Assembly (NCBI GenBank): GCA_963823665.1
Contig: CAWGMQ010000005.1
Span: 1,856,001-1,920,000 of the forward strand
From: an uncultured Planctomycetota bacterium
Lineage (GTDB): Bacteria; Planctomycetota; Planctomycetia; Isosphaerales; Isosphaeraceae
Length of the DNA stretch: 64,000 nucleotides
Reading direction: 5' to 3'
Made by a program: the position numbers and the translations under genes. The number at the start of each line of letters is the position of its first letter. Position 1 is the stretch's first letter. Below are positions 53,144-63,081 of this stretch, piece by piece. The notes below the pieces were generated by a model. It was not told the DNA's origin and ran no database searches. It was given only the letters and a program-made list of their open reading frames with translations.

Positions 53144-54277
53144 GTGGGCGACGTGATCCATTTTTACAGCGTACACGCTGAATACGGCTGCTTCTCGAAC
53201 TTCTCGCGTCACCCGGTTCGGCTGAAGGGCAAGGTCTGGCCGACCAGTGAGCATTACTTCCAGGCGCAGAAGTTTGCCGGGATTCCTGACGAGGAAGAAG
53301 TTCGATTGGCGAAATCGCCCACGATCGCCGCACGGATGGGCCGCAGTCGCAAGCGGCCATTGCGCAAAGACTGGGAAGCCATGAAGGATTCGATCATGCA
53401 CGAGGTAGTGCTCGCGAAGTTCACGCAGCATGCTGACCTGCGGGCGATCCTGCTCGGAACCGGCGACTCGACGATTGTCGAGCACACCGAGAACGACCGC
53501 TACTGGGGCGATGGTGGTGACGGCAGCGGCAACAACCGGCTTGGTCAGATCCTCATGCGGGTGAGGGCCGAATTGCGGTCGATTCCCGCCACCGGTAAGC
53601 AAGTTGCTGGAAAACACCTGACGAACAGCTTCGCCGAGTGGCTGAAAACCACGTTCGCAACGCTCGTACGCCCGCTCATGCCGGATGACGGTGAACCGGA
53701 GACGGGTATTTCTGCCGTGGAGGCCCGGCTCAAATTGCGGCTGCCAGCCGTGCTACGGGAATATTACCTGCTGGCGGGAAGATTTGATCGATTCAACCGG
53801 GCACACAACGAACTCCGCCGGCCAGGGGACTGGACCGTGGAAGGCGGCAAGCTCGTGTTCCTCGAAGAGAACCAGTGTGTGGTTTTCTGGGGCGTGGAGG
53901 CGAGCACTCTGCCTGAAGACGACCCGCCCGTCCACCAGGCGGAGAACATTCGGGGGCGACCGGCCGAATGGTTTCTGGAGCACGAACGGTGCTCCGAGTT
54001 CTTGATCGTCATGCTTCACTTGCAGGCTGTCTGGGGAGGCTATGAATTCCTCGGTGGTTCGGAAGTGAAGCAGGAAGCGGTGACGAAGTTCCTGAACGGG
54101 TGGACTGCGGCCGGGACCGTCAATCAGCTTTCGGCATTCAACCGGGAGGGTGCGGCGGCGTGCATAATTCAAGACAAGAACTCGTTGCAGTTGTACGTCG
54201 GAGGGCGGACTGAACGCGAATTCGAGTTCATCAGGGCAGCACTTGAGGAGGTAGGCGTCGAGCTCGAGCACTGTTGA
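53144..54277 (+). CDS. NADAR (YbiA-like) domain fused to an SMI1/KNR4 (SUKH)-like domain
   Basis: FSNF, WPTSEHYFQAQKF, KFTQH, LLGTG...VE...D.YWG, NRLGQILMRVR; then I...E.RL...LP..LREYY...G...VFLEENQ..VFWG. Confidence 0.82.
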   Translation: MGDVIHFYSVHAEYGCFSNFSRHPVRLKGKVWPTSEHYFQAQKFAGIPDEEEVRLAKSPTIAARMGRSRKRPLRKDWEAMKDSIMHEVVLAKFTQHADLRAILLGTGDSTIVEHTENDRYWGDGGDGSGNNRLGQILMRVRAELRSIPATGKQVAGKHLTNSFAEWLKTTFATLVRPLMPDDGEPETGISAVEARLKLRLPAVLREYYLLAGRFDRFNRAHNELRRPGDWTVEGGKLVFLEENQCVVFWGVEASTLPEDDPPVHQAENIRGRPAEWFLEHERCSEFLIVMLHLQAVWGGYEFLGGSEVKQEAVTKFLNGWTAAGTVNQLSAFNREGAAACIIQDKNSLQLYVGGRTEREFEFIRAALEEVGVELEHC

Positions 54278-54289
54278 GACTGCAAAGGG

Positions 54290-54322
54290 CAAGCCCCCGG
54301 CGACTGAGCCACCGGGGGCTTG
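54290..54322. terminator. hairpin between convergent genes (probable terminator)
   Basis: 11-bp stem CAAGCCCCCGG / CCGGGGGCTTG. Confidence 0.7.
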
Positions 54323-54327
54323 TTGCG

Positions 54328-54650
54328 TCAATCGATCACTGCAGTCACGACACCCGAGCCGACCGTCTTGCCACCCTCGCGGATCACAATCCGGCTGCCA
54401 GTCTCCAGGGCGATCGGCTTGTCCAGGCTCACGTCCAGCGACGTGTGGTCGCCGGGCATCACCATCTCGACCCCCTCGGGCAGCGTCAATTCGCCGGTCA
54501 CGCTTGTCGTGCGGAAGCAGAACTGCGGCTTGTAGCCACTAAAGAAGGGCGTATGCCGACCGCCTTCGTCCTTGCCGAGCACGTAGACCTCACCACGGAA
54601 TCGAGTTGGGGGGCCACGAGGCCCAGGGGCGAGGCCATAACCACGGCGTC
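54328..54650 (-). pseudogene. tuf: EF-Tu domain 3 fragment
   Basis: [36 protein letters not shown]...GVEMVMPGD...[13 protein letters not shown]; an in-frame stop lies just upstream and domains 1-2 are absent. Confidence 0.88.
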
Positions 54651-54915
54651 ACCGTCCTTTCACGGTGACCGCCCTCCGAAATTGGATGACCTGGGCTAGA
54701 TTCGTCGTTCGTCGAGGAAACCTTTTGATGCTGGGCAATTCCGCGCCGGCGCCTGAGGAACTACCTCGAGACGAATCACGAAATCGGACACCTGGCTGCA
54801 CGAGGGGGTTCGGAGGGCGAACTTGACGGTGCGGGACGGCGTCAGGGTGGCAGCGGATTGCTGCGCGATCGTCGGCCGGGAGTTTCCGAATCTCTTCCAT
54901 GGCATGAGGCGGAAC

Positions 54916-55347
54916 ATGACGGACGCTGATATCGGTTCGCTCATTCGAGCCTTTGAGGACGGCTCTCTATCGAAATCAGAATGGACACACTCCAGGCACC
55001 TGGTCATGGCCCTCTGGTACTTGACGCGTCATGACAGGGATGAGGCAATCGGGCTGATCCGCGAGGGTATTCAGCGGTATAACGCGCGGCAGGGGAATCA
55101 CACCGGTTATCATGAAACAATCACCCTGGCCTGGGTTGCCGTGGTCGAGCGGTTCCTGGGCGCGAGAGACCTGAACGTGCCGGAGTCAGTGCTGGCCGAG
55201 GAGTTGTTGCGGCAATGCGGCGACAAGGATTACCTGCTGCGGTTTTACTCGAGGGAGCGGCTTTTCAGCGAAGAGGCACGGCACGGATGGGTGTCGCCCG
55301 ACCTGGGTGAAAGCTGCGTGAGAAGGCCCGTGTGGTCACGATGTTGA
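54916..55347 (+). CDS. conserved hypothetical protein (WTH..HL / YHETIT / W..PDL family); 3' end fused to the next relic
   Basis: FEDGSL....WTH..HL..ALWYL, GYHETITLAW, FYSRERLFSEEAR..WVSPDL. Confidence 0.7.
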   Translation: MTDADIGSLIRAFEDGSLSKSEWTHSRHLVMALWYLTRHDRDEAIGLIREGIQRYNARQGNHTGYHETITLAWVAVVERFLGARDLNVPESVLAEELLRQCGDKDYLLRFYSRERLFSEEARHGWVSPDLGESCVRRPVWSRC

Positions 55348-55640
55348 CCTCTGTTTGCACCGGAGCGCTACTGCTGGGCCGAGCGGGTCTGCTGGACGGC
55401 AAACGTGCGACGACGCATTGGCGGGCCGTGAATGAGATGCGGGGGTTGTTTCCGACCGTCAATGTGATTGACGATCAACACGTTGTCGAAGAAGGCGACG
55501 TGATCACGTCGGCAGGGATCTCGGCGGGCATCGATATGGCGCTCCGGGTAGTCGCCAGACATCATGGCGATGTGATTGCTCGGGCAACTGCCAGGTACAT
55601 GGAGTATCCGTTCCCCGAGGACAATCGGAGGAGAGTTTGA
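55311..55640 (+). pseudogene. C-terminal half of a DJ-1/PfpI family protein
   Basis: TSVCTGALLLGRAGLLDGKRATTHW, ITSAGISAGIDMAL, MEY; N-terminal half missing (in-frame stop at 55308). Confidence 0.8.
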
Positions 55641-55671
55641 GATGGGTCGGCGGGGAGCGGGGGCTCAATGC

Positions 55672-55693
55672 GTCAGGCTAAAGCCTGACCTAC
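55672..55693. repeat. GTAG-type REP-like palindrome, identical to the copy at 4649
   Basis: GTCAGGCTAAAGCCTGACCTAC. Confidence 0.8.
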
Positions 55694-55758
55694 TCAATTC
55701 TGTATAATCGACCTTGAGTAGTGAGCTGTGCTTCTGGAACATCCAGTAAGGAGACGCC

Positions 55759-56769
55759 ATGCCTTCCCAAGGTCCATCTCCCGCGTTGTTTTTCGACACG
55801 ATCAGCGCCTATCACCGTACCGAGGCTCTGCGCGCGGCTATCGAGCTCGATTTGTTTTCGCTGGTGGCCGCAGGGCGTCACACGGCAGGCGAGCTAGCCG
55901 AGGCGTGCCAGGCCGCGCCGCGAGGCGTTCGCATACTGGCAGACCATCTCGCTATTCTCGGCTTTCTCACCAAGCACGCTGACCGCTATGAACTCACGGA
56001 CGACACCAAGGTATTTCTCGATCGCAAGTCGCCGGCCTATCTGGGCGGTGCGGTCAGCTTCATGCTCGCGCCCGGAATGAGGGAGTGCTTTCAGCATTTG
56101 ACGGCGGCCGTGAAGCGAGGCGGGACGGCCGTTTCGGACGAGGGAACGGTCTCGCACGACAACCCGATCTGGGTTGAGTTCGCTCGCGCCATGGCACCGC
56201 TGATGCGGATGCCGGCCCAGTTGCTCGCGGGCCTGGTTGGCGGAGATGCTTCGCAACCGCTGCGCGTGCTCGATGTTGCCGCGGGGCACGGGTTGTTTGG
56301 GATCACGATCGCGGAGCGCTATCGGCAAGCTAAAGTCACTGCGCTCGATTGGGCGAACGTGCTGGCGGTTGCGGAGGAGAATGCTCGCCGCGCGGGTGTT
56401 GCCGAGCGGTATGCGTTGCTTCCGGGTAGTGCGTTCGAGGTTGATTGGGGCGGCCCGTACGACGTCGTGCTGCTGACGAACTTTCTGCATCACTTTGACG
56501 TGCCGACCTGCGAGCAATTGGCGGCCAGAGCGTATGCAGCTCTCGGGCCGGGTGGCCGGGCCCTTACGTTGGATTTCATTCCCGAACCCGATCGCATCAC
56601 GCCGGCAGCGACGGCCACTTTCGCACTCGTGATGCTGGCGACGACGGCTCACGGGGATGCTTATACGTTTGCGGAATATCAGGGAATTTTTGCGCGGGCT
56701 GGGTTCGGCCGCATTGAGTTCCATGCCCTGCCGCCGACAACGCAGCAGGCGGTGGTGTCGTACAAATAA
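55759..56769 (+). CDS. SAM-dependent O-methyltransferase (dimerisation + methyltransferase domains)
   Basis: AAIELDLF, VLDVAAGHG, GSAF, NFLHHFD; AAGGAG RBS. Confidence 0.9.
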   Translation: MPSQGPSPALFFDTISAYHRTEALRAAIELDLFSLVAAGRHTAGELAEACQAAPRGVRILADHLAILGFLTKHADRYELTDDTKVFLDRKSPAYLGGAVSFMLAPGMRECFQHLTAAVKRGGTAVSDEGTVSHDNPIWVEFARAMAPLMRMPAQLLAGLVGGDASQPLRVLDVAAGHGLFGITIAERYRQAKVTALDWANVLAVAEENARRAGVAERYALLPGSAFEVDWGGPYDVVLLTNFLHHFDVPTCEQLAARAYAALGPGGRALTLDFIPEPDRITPAATATFALVMLATTAHGDAYTFAEYQGIFARAGFGRIEFHALPPTTQQAVVSYK

Positions 56770-56780
56770 GAAGTGACCCT

Positions 56781-57140
56781 TCAAACAATTCGAAGCAGAC
56801 GACAGGTGTCTTCGTAACTGGCTTCGAGATCCAAAGGGATGGAGAGCTTTTCCGTCAGCCAGAGAGGCAGGGTTGGCAGTGGTCTGCCAAGTTTCAAGGG
56901 TTTCCGCCAGAAGTCGAAGACGGTTTTTGTTTCCGTTCGCCGCGTCCGGCAGCAGGCTGCATCAAACGTGCCGATATCGACTTCGAAATAACTTCCCAGG
57001 TGGACCCGGGGGGCGGCCTGGTATCCTTCTGGCAGCACCGGCGCCAGCTTTTGAATGATCATCATGGGCCAGCCGCCGTGGACCTCTTCCCAGGAGTGCC
57101 GCTTGCTCACGGGAGGTCGAAAATGAACGCGAAATGGCAT
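56781..57140 (-). pseudogene. DUF4058-family gene with internal deletion
   Basis: N-terminus HFRPP....SWE..H..W and C-terminus LPTLPLWL......LDLEASYE are joined with the central region missing. Confidence 0.65.
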
Positions 57141-57146
57141 CGAGGG

Positions 57147-57192
57147 CCCCCAGGCGTTGCCCTGGGCTAACTTGTTGCGCCCCTTCGGGGCC
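57147..57192. repeat. REP-like double hairpin (CCCAGG-cgttg-CCCTGGG ... GCCCC-TTCG-GGGC)
   Basis: Two short GC hairpins in an intergenic position; single copy in the window. Confidence 0.45.
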
Positions 57193-57429
57193 GGGAGTCA
57201 GGGATTCGGCGAGCGCCTCATGAGAGTAGACCAGAATCGGTTAGCCGATTCCAGCCAGTTACACGCGCGAGAGAACCGGATCACCCACAATCTACTCGAC
57301 TTACGAAAAATCGGAATTTTCTTGTGTGCGCGTCGATCCGCGGAATTATCATTCGACTGAGAAGTGGTGTGAGACGAACGGTCTCAACGGACGTATCAAC
57401 GCGATGTCTCTCTTTGAGGGCAAACAAAA

Positions 57430-57969
57430 ATGGTGCGGCGATCCTTCGTAGTGTGCGGGCTGATGCTTACCCTTTCGCTCGCGGGCTTTGGAGCCGATAA
57501 GCCCGAGGGCAAGCTGCCGGCGCCGCGTACTAACGCGGGCCTGGAGAAGGTGAAAAAGTTGGCAGGGACGTGGCTGAATACGGACAAGGATGGGAAGGCG
57601 ACCGACGAGGTTGCGTCGATCTTCAAGGTGACGGCGGGCGGGAGCGCGGTGCACGAGACAATCGCCCCTGGCCAGGCTCACGAAATGGTCTCGGTCTACA
57701 CCGTCGACGGGCCCGACTTGATCATGACGCATTATTGCGTGCTGGGGAACCAGCCTCGGCTGAAGGCCGACTCGAATTCCTCGGAAGGCCAGATTGCGTT
57801 CCAGTTCGCCGGTGGCACGAACCTCGATCCGAAGAAAGACAAACACATGCACGACCTGACCCTCATCTTCGTGGACGACGACCACATCGAGGTGAAGGGC
57901 ACCGGCTGGGAAAACGGCGCGCCGTCAAAGGATATGTGCTGTGGGCTCAAGCTGGTTCGGAAGAAATAG
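57430..57969 (+). CDS. conserved hypothetical secreted protein
   Basis: Signal peptide; LAGTW, EMVSVY, MTHYC..GNQPRL, HMH. Confidence 0.75.
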   Translation: MVRRSFVVCGLMLTLSLAGFGADKPEGKLPAPRTNAGLEKVKKLAGTWLNTDKDGKATDEVASIFKVTAGGSAVHETIAPGQAHEMVSVYTVDGPDLIMTHYCVLGNQPRLKADSNSSEGQIAFQFAGGTNLDPKKDKHMHDLTLIFVDDDHIEVKGTGWENGAPSKDMCCGLKLVRKK

Positions 57970-58187
57970 AAAGGACACGTGCGCTCACGGCGGCGTGTTC
58001 TTCGAGCCGCTCGGCGTCGGGTACCCCCCGGATTCCGAGCGGCTTTATTTCGTGCCGGACGGGATGCGCCTGGTGTCGCTTCTTTGACATCATCGGGCGG
58101 TCGTTGCCGCAGGATTGTAGTCGGCGACCGAGCTAGCTGGTGGCTGCCAGTTCGCAGCGCGTGGGATCTGCGTTCGGCCGGATCTAG

Positions 58188-58526
58188 CTAGCCCGTTCGA
58201 TGAGCGCCACGGGACTTCACGACGCGCTTGGCGATCGTGCCGGGGGAACTGTTTTGACCGAGCGGCTGCCAGGAGAATCGAAAAAGGGCTCGCCCGGTGG
58301 CGGGATCGGTTGCTTCGAGATCAATGACCTCGGTCAGAGAGACGCAGACCGAATCCCCGCTCGGAACATAACAGGTATCTTCGCCAGCATCTGAATGAGC
58401 GTGGGCGAATACGATGGAATCGCCAGCGGCGAGTGTTTTGGCAGCAGGCATCGGAAGGACGGCATCGCAGACTCGCCCTCTCTCCACGTCCGATATCCTT
58501 TGTTCGCTAGCGGGGTAACTGTTCAC
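58188..58526 (-). CDS. hypothetical protein
   Basis: GGAG RBS; 112-aa ORF downstream of the RRM gene on the same strand. Confidence 0.55.
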   Translation of the reverse strand: MNSYPASEQRISDVERGRVCDAVLPMPAAKTLAAGDSIVFAHAHSDAGEDTCYVPSGDSVCVSLTEVIDLEATDPATGRALFRFSWQPLGQNSSPGTIAKRVVKSRGAHRTG

Positions 58527-58588
58527 ATGAGGCTCCGACCAATAGATGTTGGTTAGATCCGCTTGAAACCTGCCGAGATGGTGTACGA

Positions 58589-58882
58589 TCAGTTCTCTCG
58601 ACCGTTACCGCCAGCCAAGCTGATCGTGCGAGCTACCCTTGGCTTGGCAACGCTAACCACCAGCCGCCGCCCGTCGTGCTCTTGGTCGTTGAGTCCCTGA
58701 ATCGCAGCCTCGGCCTCTGCGTCGGTGTCCATCTCGACAAAACCGAACCCCTTGCTACGCCCCATATCACGGTCCTGGATGACCTGGGCGCTCTGCACGG
58801 TGCCGAAGGGTACGAACCAATTCGCCAAATCGACATGCGTCACGGAATAGGTCAAATTTCCGACATACAGCTTTTTCGCCAC
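58589..58882 (-). CDS. RRM (RNP-1) RNA-binding protein
   Basis: KKLYVGNL (RNP2), SKGFGFVEM (RNP1), GRRLVV..AKP; GTG start. Confidence 0.92.
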   Translation of the reverse strand: MAKKLYVGNLTYSVTHVDLANWFVPFGTVQSAQVIQDRDMGRSKGFGFVEMDTDAEAEAAIQGLNDQEHDGRRLVVSVAKPRVARTISLAGGNGREN

Positions 58883-59189
58883 GAGATGATCTTTCTGGCA
58901 AAGACTTTCGACCCGCTCGATTCTTTCTGGGCCGATGAGAAAGGGGCACACAATGGAGCCCATGAGGCGGGAGAGACGAGAAGGGGAAGCAGAAAGCGAT
59001 TCGATGAGAACCCAATATGCTAACTCAATCGTCAAACCAACCAATTGAAGTATAACTAATTTGAATACAGAAAGAAATGACAAAACTTGAAACCTTCTCG
59101 GCTTGACCGAATGGGACGTGCTGTTCTTGATTTTTCTGGTCGCCGAATGGGATTCGATCAGCAGGACCATCCCGGCCCGCCCTTCAGGA

Positions 59190-59978
59190 TCAATTCCTCC
59201 GTCGCCGTCCAAGAGTCAGGACGCCCAGCGCTCCCGCACCGAGCAGCATCAAGCTCGACGGCTCGGGCACGGACTGGGTTGTCACCCCGATCGTCAAGAA
59301 GTCGATCGCGTAACCGTCGCCTCCGTCACCTCCTTCATCGATGCTCAAGGTCATGACGTTGGTGTCCAGAAGGAGTGATGGGCTGATCCCGATCGTGAAG
59401 AACTGGACGAGCGGGCCGCTCTCGTTAAGGCTTTCGAGCTCTGCCGTCAGCGCGACGTCCGTCGTGCCGTTAATCGTTGCGATGAACGGTTGCCCGAACA
59501 CCGGAAACTGGAAATCGTCCGCCGCGATTCCGAGAGTGAGCGTGGTCAAATGCTGGCCGGAAGGCACTAAACTGGAGTAGTCCATGGTCATTACATCCGG
59601 ACCGTTGATTCGTTCGGGGGATACAGAGTATCCATCGTGAAAGGCCGTCTGGACGGATCCCACGTAGATCTGGTCGGTTCCCGGGAAATCACCGGGGCCG
59701 GGAGTGAATGGGTAGCTATGGGGAGTGATTAACGAGGCCATGGTGACGACGTCCGGCGCCAGACCCACGAGGGTGGCGCCTGCCTTTGGATCGCTCGCAT
59801 AGGTGCCGGTCCCCAGAACATTCTCGTTGCCGTACTCAATCGCTCCACCTCCCGCGTGGACAGGCGAGCTAAAGGCCAGAGTGCAGATCATCGCAGCCAA
59901 GAGGCTGGCCAATGAGACACTCCACCGATTCGTTCGATACACGTGGCGATGTGCTGGAACCGCGAAGATACGAGTCAT
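59190..59978 (-). CDS. PEP-CTERM sorting domain protein
   Basis: Signal peptide; C-terminal VPEPSSLMLLGAGALGVLTLGRRRRN. Confidence 0.9.
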   Translation of the reverse strand: MTRIFAVPAHRHVYRTNRWSVSLASLLAAMICTLAFSSPVHAGGGAIEYGNENVLGTGTYASDPKAGATLVGLAPDVVTMASLITPHSYPFTPGPGDFPGTDQIYVGSVQTAFHDGYSVSPERINGPDVMTMDYSSLVPSGQHLTTLTLGIAADDFQFPVFGQPFIATINGTTDVALTAELESLNESGPLVQFFTIGISPSLLLDTNVMTLSIDEGGDGGDGYAIDFLTIGVTTQSVPEPSSLMLLGAGALGVLTLGRRRRN

Positions 59979-60216
59979 TGTGATTATGCCACCTTTCTTG
60001 TCGCCGACGCCCGGTTCCCGTTTGAACCGGCGGCACCTTCGTGCGGTCTTCTATTACGGTGGACCCAGGAGTGCTTCCCAGTTGCGACCTGGTGAAGACC
60101 TCATTTGCCACCAGGTGTTGGTGCTGCGGTGCCGGCGCGGTCCTGTGAGTTGTCTAACAGCGAGCGCCTGGTCCAGTTGCAATCTTTCAACTTTCCAAAA
60201 GGAAACGAGATCATTC

Positions 60217-61071
60217 ATGAACCATTTCATCGTTCGTCTTGCGCCCGGCGTGAGCATGTTGGCCGTCATGGTCGTTGCATCGGCCTCGCTTGTAGGGGCC
60301 GATGAAAACGCGAAACCGCGGGTTTCGGTTCCCGAAGCAGACGGCAAGGCTGCGCAAATTCTGAGGGCTGCGCACGAGTATGTGGCTGCTCGCTCCGTTG
60401 AGATCGAGCAAACCGCCGAACAGACTGCCCGTGTTCTGGTCGATGGTAAGCCGTTGGGCGCGGAGCAAGCGACTAAACAAACCTCTCGTATCGAGGTTGA
60501 CGCTGACAAAGGGTTCGTGCGAATGACGATGCGCGATCAAGGCGGGGCGGATGTTGTTGTGATTCGCAAAGGCAATCGCATCGCAATGAAGATTGGCTCG
60601 GATCCGTGGACCGCGCCAAAGGGCAGTTATGCCCGGATTAGCGATCAACTGGGAAACCCGTTCGCTTGCCCTTTTCCAGGGCCCGGAGAGAAGCATTCGC
60701 CGAAGTGGACGATCGTGGGTGATGAGCATGTCGACGGCCAGGAGATGGTCGTAATCAAGACTGTCGGCGACAGTGCGAATGAGTATGCCCAGGCGCGGAT
60801 GCGCGACGGAATCGTGTCGATATTCCCTGATGCCTCTTCCCGCCCGACTGTTGAAGTCATGACCTACGAGTCACGGCATTGGATCGGCAAGGCTGACGAT
60901 CGACGGATGCGGGTGGAGCAAACTTCTCATCACACCCTGACGATGCCGGGAGCCGCCAAGACCGTGATCGACGTTGTGGGAAAAACGACGGCGATCTATC
61001 GTCGATACAACAGAATTGACATCGATGTGCCAGAGGGCGCGCGCGGCATCCTTTCTCCGGAAGACAAATGA
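60217..61071 (+). CDS. hypothetical secreted beta-rich protein
   Basis: AAAGGA upstream; signal peptide ending VGA; possible LolA-like strand pattern (not confirmed). Confidence 0.65.
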   Translation: MNHFIVRLAPGVSMLAVMVVASASLVGADENAKPRVSVPEADGKAAQILRAAHEYVAARSVEIEQTAEQTARVLVDGKPLGAEQATKQTSRIEVDADKGFVRMTMRDQGGADVVVIRKGNRIAMKIGSDPWTAPKGSYARISDQLGNPFACPFPGPGEKHSPKWTIVGDEHVDGQEMVVIKTVGDSANEYAQARMRDGIVSIFPDASSRPTVEVMTYESRHWIGKADDRRMRVEQTSHHTLTMPGAAKTVIDVVGKTTAIYRRYNRIDIDVPEGARGILSPEDK

Positions 61072-61126
61072 GTGTGAACCTCGCCGGTGTGTTCCTGGGA
61101 ACAAATCATGCTATCCGAACGATGAG

Positions 61127-61240
61127 GTAAAGTTGAAGCTCAGCGACGTCATTCCGTGGGGACTGTCTTTCGATACTCGGAGCGATTGAGCTTTGAGTTT
61201 CATCTGGCGTCGATTGAGGAGTTGCTGCGGGTGGCGAGGT
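61127..61240 (+). pseudogene. SAM-dependent methyltransferase remnant, copy A (N-terminus joined to internal part)
   Basis: LKLSDVIPWGLSFD joined directly to YSERLSFEFHLASIEELLRVA. Confidence 0.7.
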
Positions 61241-61524
61241 TGGCAAGCGGCTAGACTCCGACCGGGGCAAGTTTGTGGTGCTGGCGCTGCCGGCGAAGTG
61301 CCAAAAGTCAAAGAAAAAAGCCGACCTGGGGGAACCTTTCGCAAAGTTCTCCCAGGTCGGCTTACTCTTTAACGAACCTGCCGGCAGGGCCGGGTTGTCC
61401 TTCGGCCAGTCATCCGACCATTTTCGCCGCTGGTTGTACGCTTTCGGGTCGGGGAATGCAAGCACTGGCCAGCTCACCGTTTACATTCATAAGTCGAAAG
61501 ATATTTTTATTACATAAATAATTA

Positions 61525-61553
61525 TTGACATTTTGTTCGCTTTCGCCTATAGT
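61525..61553 (+). promoter_or_regulatory. sigma-70 promoter upstream of hsp20
   Basis: TTGACA-N17-TATAGT preceded by an AT-rich UP-like tract (61500-61524). Confidence 0.8.
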
Positions 61554-61683
61554 CGGATTGTAGCCAGAGAGACAAGAGCGATGAAAAGCCGGTCCGGCAA
61601 TCCACTGCACGGCTGGCACTATTTGATCCTGCGTGCCCGAGGTCATCGCCAAACGGCACGCTCAATGACGAAGGAGACTTGAG

Positions 61684-62136
61684 ATGACACTCACAAGATG
61701 GGACCCGTCCAACGAGATGGTCAGCCTGCGGGATGCTGTGAACTTCCTGTTCCAGGAGAGCTTCGTGCAACCGACGAGCGGCGCACGGTCAGAACGAGGA
61801 GCCACCACGGTTGCGCTTCCCTTGGATGTTACAGAGGGGGAGAACGATTTCGTGGTGACCGCCTCGCTGCCTGGTATCAAACCGGAAGATGTGCAGACGA
61901 CAGTCCTCGGCGATACCGTGATGATCAAGGCCGAGAGCAAGGCCAATGGAGAGCAGAAGGGCCAGAACTGGCTCATGCGAGAGCGCCGTTCGGGCTCATT
62001 CCAGCGTTCGGTAAACCTGGGCACGCCCATCAATGCCGACAAAGCGACGCACCACTTCGAGCATGGTGTCCTGACGTTGACATTGCCGAAGTCGGAGCAG
62101 GCTCGTCCCAGGCAGATCAAGCTCAATGCCCGCTAG
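61684..62136 (+). CDS. Hsp20/alpha-crystallin small heat-shock protein
   Basis: RWDP, LDVTE, LPG.K.EDV, RERRSGSFQRS, HGVLTLTLPK; AAGGAG RBS. Confidence 0.95.
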   Translation: MTLTRWDPSNEMVSLRDAVNFLFQESFVQPTSGARSERGATTVALPLDVTEGENDFVVTASLPGIKPEDVQTTVLGDTVMIKAESKANGEQKGQNWLMRERRSGSFQRSVNLGTPINADKATHHFEHGVLTLTLPKSEQARPRQIKLNAR

Positions 62137-62161
62137 GTTCGAGTCAACTCAGATGCACATC

Positions 62162-62189
62162 GATGGGCATGGACCGGTCCATGCCCATC
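62162..62189. repeat. 28-bp perfect palindrome downstream of hsp20
   Basis: GATGGGCATGGACCGGTCCATGCCCATC. Confidence 0.75.
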
Positions 62190-62382
62190 CGAATTAGCTC
62201 AAGACCCGATGGGCATTCCTTGCTTAACCCATCGTTCCCACCACCCCGCCAGCCAGCCGTGCAGGCAAACAATCTTCACGCCATATCCCATTTGACTCGC
62301 TCTTCCCGCCTTATCTCGAAGCCGGGCCGGACCTCGGTATCAAGATTCGCCTCATGTTCGGGTTATCGGAGAGGGACCTGAC

Positions 62383-62750
62383 GTGATTTCGCAGGTTCGG
62401 CTCAACCTGAGCGGATTTGTGTGGGATTACTTCTGCGATCCCGATAATCCCGGGCGGGCCCGGCTGGCTGCGATGAACGTCTTCTTATCTGATCTTGAGG
62501 TGGGAAAAGCTGAGGGGTGCTATGTTGTTGGTTCTCTGCCGAGCCTGCCGTTTCGGGACGGGCAGTTTGATCTGGCTTTGTGCTCGCACTTGCTGTTTCT
62601 TTACTCGGATCGATTGACTTTGAGTTTCATCTGGCGTCGATTGAGGAGTTGCTGCGGGTGGCGGTGGAGGTTCGGGTTTTCCCTTTGCTGACCTTGGAGC
62701 AGGAGCACTCGCCGTATGTTGAGCCTTTGGTGGGCTGCTTGGCTGAGAAG
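62383..62750 (+). pseudogene. SAM-dependent methyltransferase remnant, copy B (frameshifted)
   Basis: R..AM..FL.D...GK.EG.YV.GSLPSLPFRDGQFDLALCSHLLFLYS, then FEFHLASIEELLRVAVEVRVFPLL in a second frame. Confidence 0.8.
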
Positions 62751-62778
62751 GAAATCGCGATCGTTTTGAGTGTGCGAG

Positions 62779-63081
62779 TTAAGGGATCTGAGCGTTCTCT
62801 TCGTCGCGTATCTCCAGATAGCGTTTCATGTGATTCTCAACGTCCAGTTGGTGGCTTGCCATGTCACAAACAACATCGAAGGGCTCCGCATGGAAAAAGA
62901 GTTCAAACTCCTCCAGAGGTTGATTCATGAGCTTTTTCTGGAGTTCGGCCAACTTATTCAATGCGGATGCTGAGCATTTGGGATGGAACTCGCGAATGCA
63001 ATGCTCGACAACCGCCCAATATTCTTGCTGCGCGTCATCAGGGACGATGTGTGAAGGTCTTAGTATATTGGCTTTACTCAT
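62779..63081 (-). CDS. hypothetical protein (100 aa, lower GC)
   Basis: Intact ORF between methyltransferase remnants B and C. Confidence 0.55.
   Translation of the reverse strand: MSKANILRPSHIVPDDAQQEYWAVVEHCIREFHPKCSASALNKLAELQKKLMNQPLEEFELFFHAEPFDVVCDMASHQLDVENHMKRYLEIRDEENAQIP

Noticed and set aside
61106..61477. 123-aa minus-strand ORF
   Set aside because: Runs antisense through methyltransferase relic A and has no recognisable family; possibly another fragment but unsupported.
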